The notes beneath the pieces are model-generated. The model was not told where the DNA came from, did no database searches, and worked only from the letters and a program-made list of their open reading frames with translations. Position numbers and translations under genes: made by a program. This document shows positions 1-7,538 of a stretch of 11,701 nt of DNA, piece by piece (position 1 is the first letter of the stretch; every line of letters starts with the position of its first letter). This DNA comes from Microcystaceae cyanobacterium (lineage in GTDB: Bacteria > Cyanobacteriota > Cyanobacteriia > Cyanobacteriales > Microcystaceae): the NCBI GenBank assembly GCA_041746575.1, contig JBGTGT010000031.1, positions 1 to 11,701 of the forward strand, given 5' to 3'.

Positions 1-54
1 AGAAAAATTCTGTTTTCCTTGGGTTTCTACAGATTTTTGGAAGCCTTTAGCCAT
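1..54 (-). CDS. N-terminus of a probable ISAs1-family transposase (partial; MAKGFQKSVETQGKQNFS...)
   Basis: ATG at 54-52 on the minus strand, open to the window edge, 86 nt inside the TIR. The MxxGF start resembles cyanobacterial ISAs1 transposases as I recall them. Only 18 codons are visible. Confidence 0.55.
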   Translation of the reverse strand, partial: MAKGFQKSVETQGKQNFS

Positions 55-140
55 CAATGTATATCAATCAACTATTTAGGAAATTAGTCAAAGTTTTATC
101 ATACCATATTTTTGGGCTAAGTTAAGATGCGTTTACCCTG
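1..140 (-). mobile_element. Left end of an ISAs1-family insertion sequence (element continues off the left edge)
   Basis: Minus strand from 140 reads CAGGGTAAACGCATCTTAAC, matching the CAGGG-initiated terminal inverted repeat typical of ISAs1. Inward lie an extended -10 (TGGTATGAT, 98-106) and an ORF starting at 54 that runs off the window. PAS-like kinase sequence (LDGTILDYK) starts immediately outside, at 142. Confidence 0.75.
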
Positions 141-2280
141 CTTAGATGGTACAATTTTGGATTACAAAACAGCCCAAAAAGATGACCTTTATTTAGCTCC
201 TGAGCAATTTCTAGGCAAGAAAATTAAAGAAGTTTTACCGATTAAAGCGGCAACTTTACTCCAACAAGGTATTCAATCTGCTTTAGCTAAACATAAGATT
301 GAAACGGTTGAATATTGTCTAATGATTAAGGAAGAAGATACCTATTTTGAAGCGAAAATTGTGCAGTTAAATGATCACGAAGTAATGTGCGTAACTCGCA
401 ATATAAGCGAACGAAAAAAAATCGAATTAGCGTTATCAGAAAGTGAAGAAAAATTTAGAAGTATTTTTGAAGATTCTGCCGCCGGAATGGCAATGTTGAA
501 TCTAGACTATCAATTCCTACAAGTCAATACCGCGCTATGTCGCGTTTTAGATTATCAACCGAGTGAATTAATGGGAATGCACATTGAAAAAGTAACGCAT
601 CCTGAAAGTAGTAAACGTCAAAAAAAGGCCTTTCAACAACTTTTAACAGGAGAAGAAAAATACGTTCAGTTTGAGAAACGCTGTCTGCCTAAGCATCACT
701 TAGATCAATGGAGTCTAGTCTGTTTTTCTTTAGTCAGAGATAGTCAACAGCAACCGCTTTATTTTATCGTACAGGCACAGGATATCAATGACCGTAAACA
801 AATGGAAAATGAATTAAAACAAGCTAAAAATACAGCGGAAAAAGCCTATCAAGTAAAAAGCACTTTTTTGGCTAATACGAGTCATGAATTAAGAACTCCT
901 TTAAATGCCATTTTAGGATTTTCCCAGTTAATGAAGTTATCCCAAACATTAACCCCAGAAAATCAAGAAAATATTACCATAATTCATCAAAGTAGTGAGT
1001 ATTTACTCTCTTTAATTAATAATATTCTGGATCTTTCTAAAATTGAAACTAATAATCTTGAAATTCATTGGCAAGAGGTAGATATTTATCGTCTCTTAGA
1101 TGAGGTTAAAGCGTTGCTAATGCCGAAAATTCGGGAGAAAGGTCTAAAATTAAGCATTGATATTAGCGAAGACGTTCCTCATTTTGTTGAAGTAGATGAT
1201 CTAAAACTTCGACAAATTTTACTCAATTTATTAAATAATGCGATTAAATTCACAGAAATAGGTCAAATAACTTTAAAAGTTTCTTCCTTAATTCGTTGTC
1301 AATCTTTGATGCACTATTCATCAGTTTATCAAACCCATTTCAAAGAAACTTGTAACTTGTACTTTACCCTCGAAGACACGGGGATAGGGATTCCTCCTGC
1401 AGAAATTCCGACGATTTTTCAAGCCTTTCGACAAACCCAAAAGGGAAAGCAACATCAAGAAGGTGTCGGTTTGGGGTTAGCCATTTCTCGACAATTTATT
1501 CAACGCATGGGGGGAGAAATTACGGTTAAAAGTGAAGTCGGGGTTGGCAGTCAATTTATCTTTGAAATCCCTGTGAGAGTAGTAACTAATCCCCCAAATC
1601 AATCGGAAGATTTTGCTAAGATAGTAATCGGTTTACAACCTCATCAACCAGCTGATCGAATTTTGGTAATAGATGACGATAAGATTAACCGACAATTGTT
1701 AGTAAAATGGTTAATAAAAGTTGGTTTTAAAACAAAAAAAGCACAAAATGTTCAAGAGGCAATTACCATTGTACGAGACTGGCAACCTGACTTGGTTTTC
1801 GTGAATCTTCAGATACCAGAAATGACCGAACGTGAAGCGATGCAACAGATTAAAAACTATAATAGTGACCATCGACCTATTATGATTGCAATTACGGCGA
1901 GCTTATCAGAAGCGAATCGCCAACAAGTGCTATCAATCGGATTTGACGATTTAATGAGTAAACCTTATGAAGCATTAGCGATTTTTAATAAGATTGCTCG
2001 GCATCTTAATGTGCGGTATAGTTATACTCAACCGCTATTACCGGCTTCTGCCGTCCTCCATAGGGAAGAAAATGAAATCTTAGCTGATTTGAAAAAAATG
2101 CCGATAGAATGGCGAAAAAAATCCTACTTTGCAGCGATTGAACTAGAAGATGATTTAATGCTTCAGTTAGTTAAGCAAATCCCTCCAGAGTATGCTGATT
2201 TATCATCTTTATTTACCCAATGGATTAATCATTTTCGTTTAGATAAAATTAGAATCATATTAGAAAAAATGTTAGATTAA
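127..2280 (+). CDS. Hybrid sensor histidine kinase (partial PAS, PAS/PAC, HisKA, HATPase_c, degenerate receiver), probably 5'-truncated by the IS
   Basis: H-box FLANTSHELRTPLNAILGFSQL, N-box LRQILLNLLNNAIKFT, G1 DTGIGI, G2 GVGLGLAIS. PAS motifs SEEKFRSIFEDSAAGMA and QDINDRKQME. C-terminal REC RILVIDDD...PDLVFVNLQIP. Confidence 0.93.
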   Translation: MRLPCLDGTILDYKTAQKDDLYLAPEQFLGKKIKEVLPIKAATLLQQGIQSALAKHKIETVEYCLMIKEEDTYFEAKIVQLNDHEVMCVTRNISERKKIELALSESEEKFRSIFEDSAAGMAMLNLDYQFLQVNTALCRVLDYQPSELMGMHIEKVTHPESSKRQKKAFQQLLTGEEKYVQFEKRCLPKHHLDQWSLVCFSLVRDSQQQPLYFIVQAQDINDRKQMENELKQAKNTAEKAYQVKSTFLANTSHELRTPLNAILGFSQLMKLSQTLTPENQENITIIHQSSEYLLSLINNILDLSKIETNNLEIHWQEVDIYRLLDEVKALLMPKIREKGLKLSIDISEDVPHFVEVDDLKLRQILLNLLNNAIKFTEIGQITLKVSSLIRCQSLMHYSSVYQTHFKETCNLYFTLEDTGIGIPPAEIPTIFQAFRQTQKGKQHQEGVGLGLAISRQFIQRMGGEITVKSEVGVGSQFIFEIPVRVVTNPPNQSEDFAKIVIGLQPHQPADRILVIDDDKINRQLLVKWLIKVGFKTKKAQNVQEAITIVRDWQPDLVFVNLQIPEMTEREAMQQIKNYNSDHRPIMIAITASLSEANRQQVLSIGFDDLMSKPYEALAIFNKIARHLNVRYSYTQPLLPASAVLHREENEILADLKKMPIEWRKKSYFAAIELEDDLMLQLVKQIPPEYADLSSLFTQWINHFRLDKIRIILEKMLD

Positions 2281-2384
2281 TTGAACTAATTTTTCCTTTT
2301 AAATTCCTAAATTATTCCTCCGTTTGCTTGATTTTATGACTGATTAATTATAAGAAATCAAAAATTTTGGCTTAAAAATTGCAT

Positions 2385-4145
2385 ATGAATACGGCAAGTT
2401 TATCGAACCAAAGGAATATTTTGATTGTAGATAATCAACTCGAAAATCTGCAAATTTTAACACAATTACTAACAGGAAAAGGTTATAAAGTTCGTAAAGC
2501 AATTAATGGAAAAACGGCAATTCTCGCGGCTCAATCAAAACCACCTAATCTAATTTTACTTGATATTTTAATGCCAGAAATCGATGGCTACGAAGTCTGT
2601 AATATTTTGAAAGCCAATAAAAAAACTCAGGAAATTCCCATTATTTTTGTGAGTGCTTTGGATGATATTGACAATAAAAAAAGAGGATTTGAAGCAGGAT
2701 GTATTGACTATATTACAAAGCCATTTCAACCCGAAGAGGTATTAGCTAGAATTGAAGTTCACTTAGAATCACAACGTAATAAAATTATTTTAAAAAAACA
2801 GAATCAACGCCTTAAGCAAATTATTATTGAAAGACGGAAAGTAGAAGATAACTTACAACTCCTTCATCAAGCGATCGCCGCTTGTAGCAATGGCATTATT
2901 ATTACTGATGCCCTAGTCCCAGATAATCCGATTATTTACGTCAATTCTACTTTTGAAAAAATTACAGGTTATGCAAAAAATGAAATTCTAGGTCAGAATC
3001 CGCGCTTTTTACAGAAAAAAGATCGCAATCAGCCCAATCTAGAAAATATTAGAAGAGCGATTATTCAGAAAAAATCTTGTCAAGTTAATCTCAGAAATTA
3101 TCATAAAGACGGAAAATTATACTGGGTTGAAATCTATATTTCTCCTGTGACTAATACGAAGGGCATCGTCACCCATTTTGTTGGGGTACAAACTGATATT
3201 ACAGACAGAAAAAAGATAGAAGAAGCCTTAATTCGATCTGAAGAAAAATTCGCCTCTGCCTTTCGGGCAAGTCCTGATCCGATTGCCATTACAACTTTGT
3301 CAGAAGGAAGATATATCGAAGTCAATCAAAGCTTTTGTAACATAACCGAATATGCTAAAGCAGAAGTGATTAACCATACCGTTTTCGACTTAAATCTTTG
3401 GGTAGATTGGCAACGTCGTGAAAAATTCATTCAACAACTTCAAGAAAACAAAGCCATTTACGATTGCGAAATGGCGGCTAGGACAAAATCTGGAGCCATT
3501 AAAACCCTGCTTGTATCTGCTGAATTACTAGAAATTGAAACAGAAAACTGTGTCTTATCTATTGCTAAAGATATTACGGAACGACAAAAAATTCAAGAAG
3601 CCTTAAAACAAGCCAATATTGAACTTTATCGTTTAGCGAATTCTGATGGTTTAACTCAAGTAGCCAATCGCCGTTGTTTTGACGATACGCTCCAGCGAGA
3701 ATGGAAACGAAGCTTACGAGAACAACAATTTTTATCCCTTATCGTTTGTGATGTTGATGAATTTAAAAAATATAATGACTATTACGAACATCTAAAAGGG
3801 GATGATTGCCTCATTCAAATTGCCCAAACTATCCAAAAATCCGTTCATCGCCCAACCGATTTAGTGGCGCGCTATGGTGGAGAAGAATTCGCAATTATCT
3901 TACCCAATACGAATTTAACCGGGGCATTAACAGTAGCGAGTAATATTCAACAACATATTCACAACTTAGAAATTCCCCATAAACAATCCACCGTTGCTGA
4001 TTACGTCACCCTTAGTATGGGGGTTGCCAGTCTAATTGCCGAAAAAGAGTCGGATGCAGACGAATTAATTAAATTAGCCGATAATGCTCTTTTCCAAGCT
4101 AAAAAAGAAGGACGGGATCGTATTGTAGTTTACGATTTAGAATAA
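2385..4145 (+). CDS. Response-regulator diguanylate cyclase (REC-PAS/LOV-like-PAS-GGDEF)
   Basis: REC with intact phosphoacceptor (LILLDILMP), LOV-like PAS (DNPIIYVN...GQNPRFLQ...FVGVQTDIT), a second PAS, and DGLTQVANRR...RPTDLVARYGGEEF (active site plus RxxD I-site). ATG 2385 preferred over TTG 2379. Confidence 0.93.
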   Translation: MNTASLSNQRNILIVDNQLENLQILTQLLTGKGYKVRKAINGKTAILAAQSKPPNLILLDILMPEIDGYEVCNILKANKKTQEIPIIFVSALDDIDNKKRGFEAGCIDYITKPFQPEEVLARIEVHLESQRNKIILKKQNQRLKQIIIERRKVEDNLQLLHQAIAACSNGIIITDALVPDNPIIYVNSTFEKITGYAKNEILGQNPRFLQKKDRNQPNLENIRRAIIQKKSCQVNLRNYHKDGKLYWVEIYISPVTNTKGIVTHFVGVQTDITDRKKIEEALIRSEEKFASAFRASPDPIAITTLSEGRYIEVNQSFCNITEYAKAEVINHTVFDLNLWVDWQRREKFIQQLQENKAIYDCEMAARTKSGAIKTLLVSAELLEIETENCVLSIAKDITERQKIQEALKQANIELYRLANSDGLTQVANRRCFDDTLQREWKRSLREQQFLSLIVCDVDEFKKYNDYYEHLKGDDCLIQIAQTIQKSVHRPTDLVARYGGEEFAIILPNTNLTGALTVASNIQQHIHNLEIPHKQSTVADYVTLSMGVASLIAEKESDADELIKLADNALFQAKKEGRDRIVVYDLE

Positions 4146-4173
4146 AATTAAATTTATCTTTTTTAAAGTAATA

Positions 4174-5130
4174 ATGACTTTACCGAACGTTAGTTTAATT
4201 CCTGCCCACTCTTACGAACTTAAACGACTACGCCACAATTTAGAAACCTTGCTCGAACCCTTAGGGGGGATTACTGCCTACGTCAACAGAGGCGATCGCG
4301 TTTTGCTCAAACCCAATTTACTTACCGGGAGTCGCCCCACGAAAGAATGTACTACCCGCCGCGAAATTGTCTATTGTGTGGCACAAATGGTCAAAGAAGC
4401 CGGAGGAAAGCCATTTTTAGGAGATAGCCCTGCCTTTGGAACGGCATTAGGGGTCGCTAAAAATAATGGATATTTACCCCTTATGGCAGAATTAGACATC
4501 CCCATCGTAGAATTCCAAGGAAAACGCTACCAAACTGACAATGACAACTTTAATCACCTCAGATTGTCCAAAGAAGCCATGGAAGCAGATGTCGTGATTA
4601 ACTTACCTAAAGTGAAATCCCACGTCCAGTTAACCGTCACTTTGGGAGTCAAAAACCTATTTGGCTGTGTTCCGGGTAAAATGAAGGCTTGGTGGCACAT
4701 GGAAGCGGGAAAAGAGTCCCATCGCTTTGGAGAGATGCTGGTAGCAACGGCTAACGCCATTAATCCTGATTTAACAATTATAGATGGAATTATCGGCCAT
4801 GAAGGCAAAGGTCCGAGTGGGGGTGAACCCAGAGAATTAGGCGTTTTAGGAGCATCTGCTGATGTTTTTGCCTTAGATTGGGCAATTGCTCATATTTTAC
4901 AGGCTGATCCTCATGCTGTCCCTACCTTGGTGGCGCAAAAGCGTTTAGGCTATACTAGCGACTTACAACAGATCGAATTTTCCCTATCTCATCCCTCTCA
5001 ATTGCAAATATCCGACTGGAAATTTCCTGAAAATCTTATTCCCATTGACTTTGCCTTGCCAAGAGTCATTAAATCTACTTTTAAACATCTTTACATCCGT
5101 TTTATCAAAGAACCTGCTCTAAAAACTTAG
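4174..5130 (+). CDS. DUF362 domain-containing protein (putative Fe-S protein)
   Basis: Motifs GDRVLLKPNLL, GDSPAFG, ADVVINLPKVKSH, TLGVKNLFGCVPG, IIDGIIGHEG.GP, DVFALD. Confidence 0.85.
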   Translation: MTLPNVSLIPAHSYELKRLRHNLETLLEPLGGITAYVNRGDRVLLKPNLLTGSRPTKECTTRREIVYCVAQMVKEAGGKPFLGDSPAFGTALGVAKNNGYLPLMAELDIPIVEFQGKRYQTDNDNFNHLRLSKEAMEADVVINLPKVKSHVQLTVTLGVKNLFGCVPGKMKAWWHMEAGKESHRFGEMLVATANAINPDLTIIDGIIGHEGKGPSGGEPRELGVLGASADVFALDWAIAHILQADPHAVPTLVAQKRLGYTSDLQQIEFSLSHPSQLQISDWKFPENLIPIDFALPRVIKSTFKHLYIRFIKEPALKT

Positions 5131-5190
5131 GCAAGAAAAATTACGCTAGAATAAAGACAACAAACGATTTTAAGGAGGTTCAGTCGTTCT

Positions 5191-5514
5191 ATGGACAATA
5201 ATGACTGGATTAAGCAATTATTAATGGTGGGCATCGGCACAACGTCTCTTGTGGCGGACAAAATGCGAGAAGTGAGTGAACAATGGGTTAGAGAGGGCAA
5301 AATTAATCCTGAACAAGCGCAAGGCTTTGTTGATGACTTAATGTCTCAACTACAGTCAGAACAGTCCAATTTCAGTAGCACGATGGAACGCCAAATGCGC
5401 AATATTTTGCAAGACTTAGGAGTTCCCCGACAAGCAGAAATGGACGAATTACGGGGACGAATTGACCGCCTCGAACGCCAAGTCAGGGATTTAGAAAATA
5501 AACTTTGGAAATAA
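5191..5514 (+). CDS. Phasin-family / PHA granule-associated coiled-coil protein
   Basis: LLMVGIG.TSLVADK N-terminus and LGVPRQAEMDELRGRIDRLE C-terminal heptads, typical of PhaF/PhaI-like cyanobacterial proteins. Strong RBS TAAGGAGG at 5171-5178. Confidence 0.75.
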   Translation: MDNNDWIKQLLMVGIGTTSLVADKMREVSEQWVREGKINPEQAQGFVDDLMSQLQSEQSNFSSTMERQMRNILQDLGVPRQAEMDELRGRIDRLERQVRDLENKLWK

Positions 5515-5548
5515 TTAAACTATCAGCCAACTTTCGGATGACTTTATG

Positions 5549-5565
5549 GGCGCGAAGTTTGCGCC
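5549..5565. terminator. GC-rich hairpin between convergent genes (terminator or REP-like palindrome)
   Basis: GGCGC-GAAGTTT-GCGCC between the stops of the phasin-like gene (5514) and tyrA (5586). No long U-tract. Confidence 0.4.
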
Positions 5566-5585
5566 TTCTCCAAAATTGAGCCGAA

Positions 5586-6425
5586 CTACTCTAAAAAGCG
5601 ATTACGAACTTGTTGAGTGGCCTTTAATAATTGTTCAAGGGTTTCCCAATTTTCTTGTTCAATATAGGTGATAAATTGATCCAAACTTTGACGATACTGT
5701 TGTAGCGATCGCAATATCGCCCCTCGATTATACTGAGCCATCATCACTCCTAATTGAGGATTGCCACCGCCCACCCGACTGGTATCCCGAAACCCAGAAC
5801 TGGCAAACCGTTGCGCCCATTGTAAGATAATCGCCTCCTGTTCACCCATACAAGCATCCACTAAACTGGCACTAATAAAGACGGGAAGATGGGAAATCCA
5901 TGCTACCGCTTGATCATGGATATCAGGAGGACACACCTCAATCACTGCGCCAATTGAACGGGCAACTTCCTCAACTTTACGTAAAGCAAACAGAGGCGTT
6001 TCTTTAATAGGGGTAAAAACGTAGGAGTTTCCGACAAATAAGTCCCGTTGCGCCGCCTCAATACCTTGTTCGGCTGTACCCGCCATTGGATGCCCCCCGA
6101 CAAAATTTCGCCAAAGTGGGGTGCATTGTTGAACAATAGGAGATTTAACCGAACCCACATCTGTTACCACGGTTGCCTTCTCAAGATAAGGGATAACTTG
6201 CTCTAGAATAGGCAAAATTAAACCGATAGGCGTACAAATAAAAACCACTTCAGCAGTACGTAATAAAGCGAAGTCTTGGCTGGCTTCATCCACAATTCCT
6301 CTCTCTAGGGCTTTTTCACAAGTAGAAGACTGACGCGAGACGCCTAGCACCCGAATTCCTCGATCTCGCAAATCTAAGCCTAACGATCCTCCAATAAGCC
6401 CTAGTCCAACAATACCAACTTCCAT
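5586..6425 (-). CDS. tyrA: Prephenate/arogenate dehydrogenase
   Basis: Rossmann GIVGLGLIGGSLG, plus TDVGSVK, FVGGHPMAG, HDQAVAWISHLP and GFRDTSRVGGG. 279 aa, as in cyanobacterial TyrA. Confidence 0.95.
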   Translation of the reverse strand: MEVGIVGLGLIGGSLGLDLRDRGIRVLGVSRQSSTCEKALERGIVDEASQDFALLRTAEVVFICTPIGLILPILEQVIPYLEKATVVTDVGSVKSPIVQQCTPLWRNFVGGHPMAGTAEQGIEAAQRDLFVGNSYVFTPIKETPLFALRKVEEVARSIGAVIEVCPPDIHDQAVAWISHLPVFISASLVDACMGEQEAIILQWAQRFASSGFRDTSRVGGGNPQLGVMMAQYNRGAILRSLQQYRQSLDQFITYIEQENWETLEQLLKATQQVRNRFLE

Positions 6426-6529
6426 ATCCGAAGATTAAGTTATTACATTATCTAGTGTGTTTTATTGTCGGATGCTTATTGAGTTTGTTGGCGAATTCTT
6501 TGTCAATGTTCACATTTCGTTAGTTTTTC

Positions 6530-6561
6530 TTCATAATATGATCATTTCATAATATGATCAT
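6530..6561. repeat. Perfect 16-bp tandem duplication (TTCATAATATGATCAT x2)
   Basis: 6530-6545 is identical to 6546-6561, in the divergent intergenic region between tyrA and the 68-aa ORF. Confidence 0.95.
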
Positions 6562-6582
6562 AAAATCCACAAAACTAGGAGG

Positions 6583-6789
6583 ATGACCTTGTCTAATTCT
6601 CAACCCCCTAATACAGGTCCAACTATTCTTCTCTATATTTTTGCCATTGCTCTCATTATTACGGCGGTTGTTATCGTTTTACGAGGCGTCGGTATTTTAA
6701 GTTTCATACCGGGTTACGTAATTTGGGCATTAGCATTGTTAACGATTGGTTTAGGAATTATTGGCGGATTAAGTCGTTTGAAAGACTAA
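6583..6789 (+). CDS. Small two-helix membrane protein, function unknown
   Basis: 68 aa with two hydrophobic segments joined by LRGVGILSFIPG. AGGAGG lies directly before the ATG (unusually close). Confidence 0.7.
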   Translation: MTLSNSQPPNTGPTILLYIFAIALIITAVVIVLRGVGILSFIPGYVIWALALLTIGLGIIGGLSRLKD

Positions 6790-6843
6790 AAGAGGGAAAG
6801 CTCCCCAAAATAAAGGTGAATCCCTCATTCATTCCTCAATAAG

Positions 6844-7218
6844 ATGGACAAACAAGTCAAAGAAGGTACAGGGTGGCGTGTCGGCTGGAATCCCAGTGCT
6901 GAACAGTATCAAGGATTAATTGGCGGCGAAAACTGGGCTTTTGAATTAACAGCCTTAGAATTTAAAGAATTTTGCCGTTTATTTCAGCAATTGACCCATT
7001 CCATGACAATGATGGCAGAAGAGTTAATGGATGAAGAAAAAATAACCTGTGAAGTAGAAAGTGAAATAATTTGGCTAGAAGCAGAAGGCTATCCCGATGC
7101 CTATGAGATTCGGATCATTCTCCATCAAGGTCGTCGTTGTGAAGGATACTGGTCAGAAAACGCTATCCCAGACTTGATTCAAGCTGTTGCAGATGCCAAT
7201 GTCAACCCTTTCATTTAA
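6844..7218 (+). CDS. DUF1818 family protein (cyanobacterial)
   Basis: KEGTGWRVGWNP...GLIGGENWAFELT..EF...ELMDEEKITCEVES..IWLEAEG matches my recollection of DUF1818. Confidence 0.8.
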   Translation: MDKQVKEGTGWRVGWNPSAEQYQGLIGGENWAFELTALEFKEFCRLFQQLTHSMTMMAEELMDEEKITCEVESEIIWLEAEGYPDAYEIRIILHQGRRCEGYWSENAIPDLIQAVADANVNPFI

Positions 7219-7224
7219 ACCCTT

Positions 7225-7253
7225 AAAAAATCCCCCAACTCGTGGAGGATTCT
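7225..7253 (-). terminator. Rho-independent terminator of pirA (possibly bidirectional)
   Basis: Minus strand AATCCTCCA-cgagt-TGGGGGATT-TTTT: 9-bp stem with one G-U pair running into a U-tract, about 20 nt after the stop at 7272. Confidence 0.75.
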
Positions 7254-7271
7254 TAGTCTGTCGGATAATAA

Positions 7272-7433
7272 CTATTGGAAATGGAGGTAGGCGGCTTCCG
7301 CTTCTAGCTGACTGACAAGCTGATCATCTCCTCGCGAACGAGCTACTTCTAGACGATGCTGTAGATTTCTACGAAGGGTTTCACGATGGGCGGCGGCGGC
7401 TTTAGTCAAGCTTTTCTGACGTACTTTGTTCAT
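7272..7433 (-). CDS. pirA: PII-interacting regulator of arginine synthesis PirA (Ssr0692-like), 53 aa; absent from the ORF track
   Basis: Manual translation: MNKVRQKSLTKAAAAHRETLRRNLQHRLEVARSRGDDQLVSQLEAEAAYLHFQ*. The HR..L...L.HRLEVAR..GD..L..QLEAE pattern fits PirA. RBS AGGGGA 9 nt upstream (alternative ATG at 7442), NtcA box upstream, terminator downstream. Confidence 0.85.
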   Translation of the reverse strand: MNKVRQKSLTKAAAAHRETLRRNLQHRLEVARSRGDDQLVSQLEAEAAYLHFQ

Positions 7434-7477
7434 AGTGGACATTCCCCTTTTGTTTTTTGTGCTTATCTCTTATTTTT

Positions 7478-7486
7478 AGCCTAGCA
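7478..7486 (-). promoter_or_regulatory. Putative extended -10 element of the pirA promoter
   Basis: Minus strand TGCTAGGCT (TGn + TAnnnT), about 45 nt upstream of the pirA ATG. Confidence 0.5.
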
Positions 7487-7502
7487 TTTTCCCAAATATT
7501 TC

Positions 7503-7516
7503 GTATAAATTGTTAC
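7503..7516. promoter_or_regulatory. NtcA binding site (GTA-N8-TAC)
   Basis: GTATAAATTGTTAC is an exact consensus match with AT-rich flanks, upstream of pirA, a known NtcA-repressed gene. Confidence 0.8.
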
Positions 7517-7538
7517 AAAAAATTTTACAGTGATCCTC

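Noticed and set aside
2991..3014. Canonical blue-light LOV photoreceptor
   Set aside because: The adduct-forming Cys is replaced by Pro.
3134..3325. 63-aa minus-strand ORF
   Set aside because: Antisense shadow inside the diguanylate cyclase, with no recognisable motif.
4554..4808. 84-aa minus-strand ORF
   Set aside because: Antisense shadow of the DUF362 gene.
5942..6160. 72-aa minus-strand ORF
   Set aside because: Alternative frame within tyrA, with no motif.
6792..6826. GAGGGA/TCCCTC inverted repeat after the 68-aa gene
   Set aside because: Only 6 bp with a long loop and no U-tract, too weak to call a terminator.
7512..7528. Second NtcA box (GTTAC...TTAC)
   Set aside because: Half-site spacing does not fit GTA-N8-TAC.
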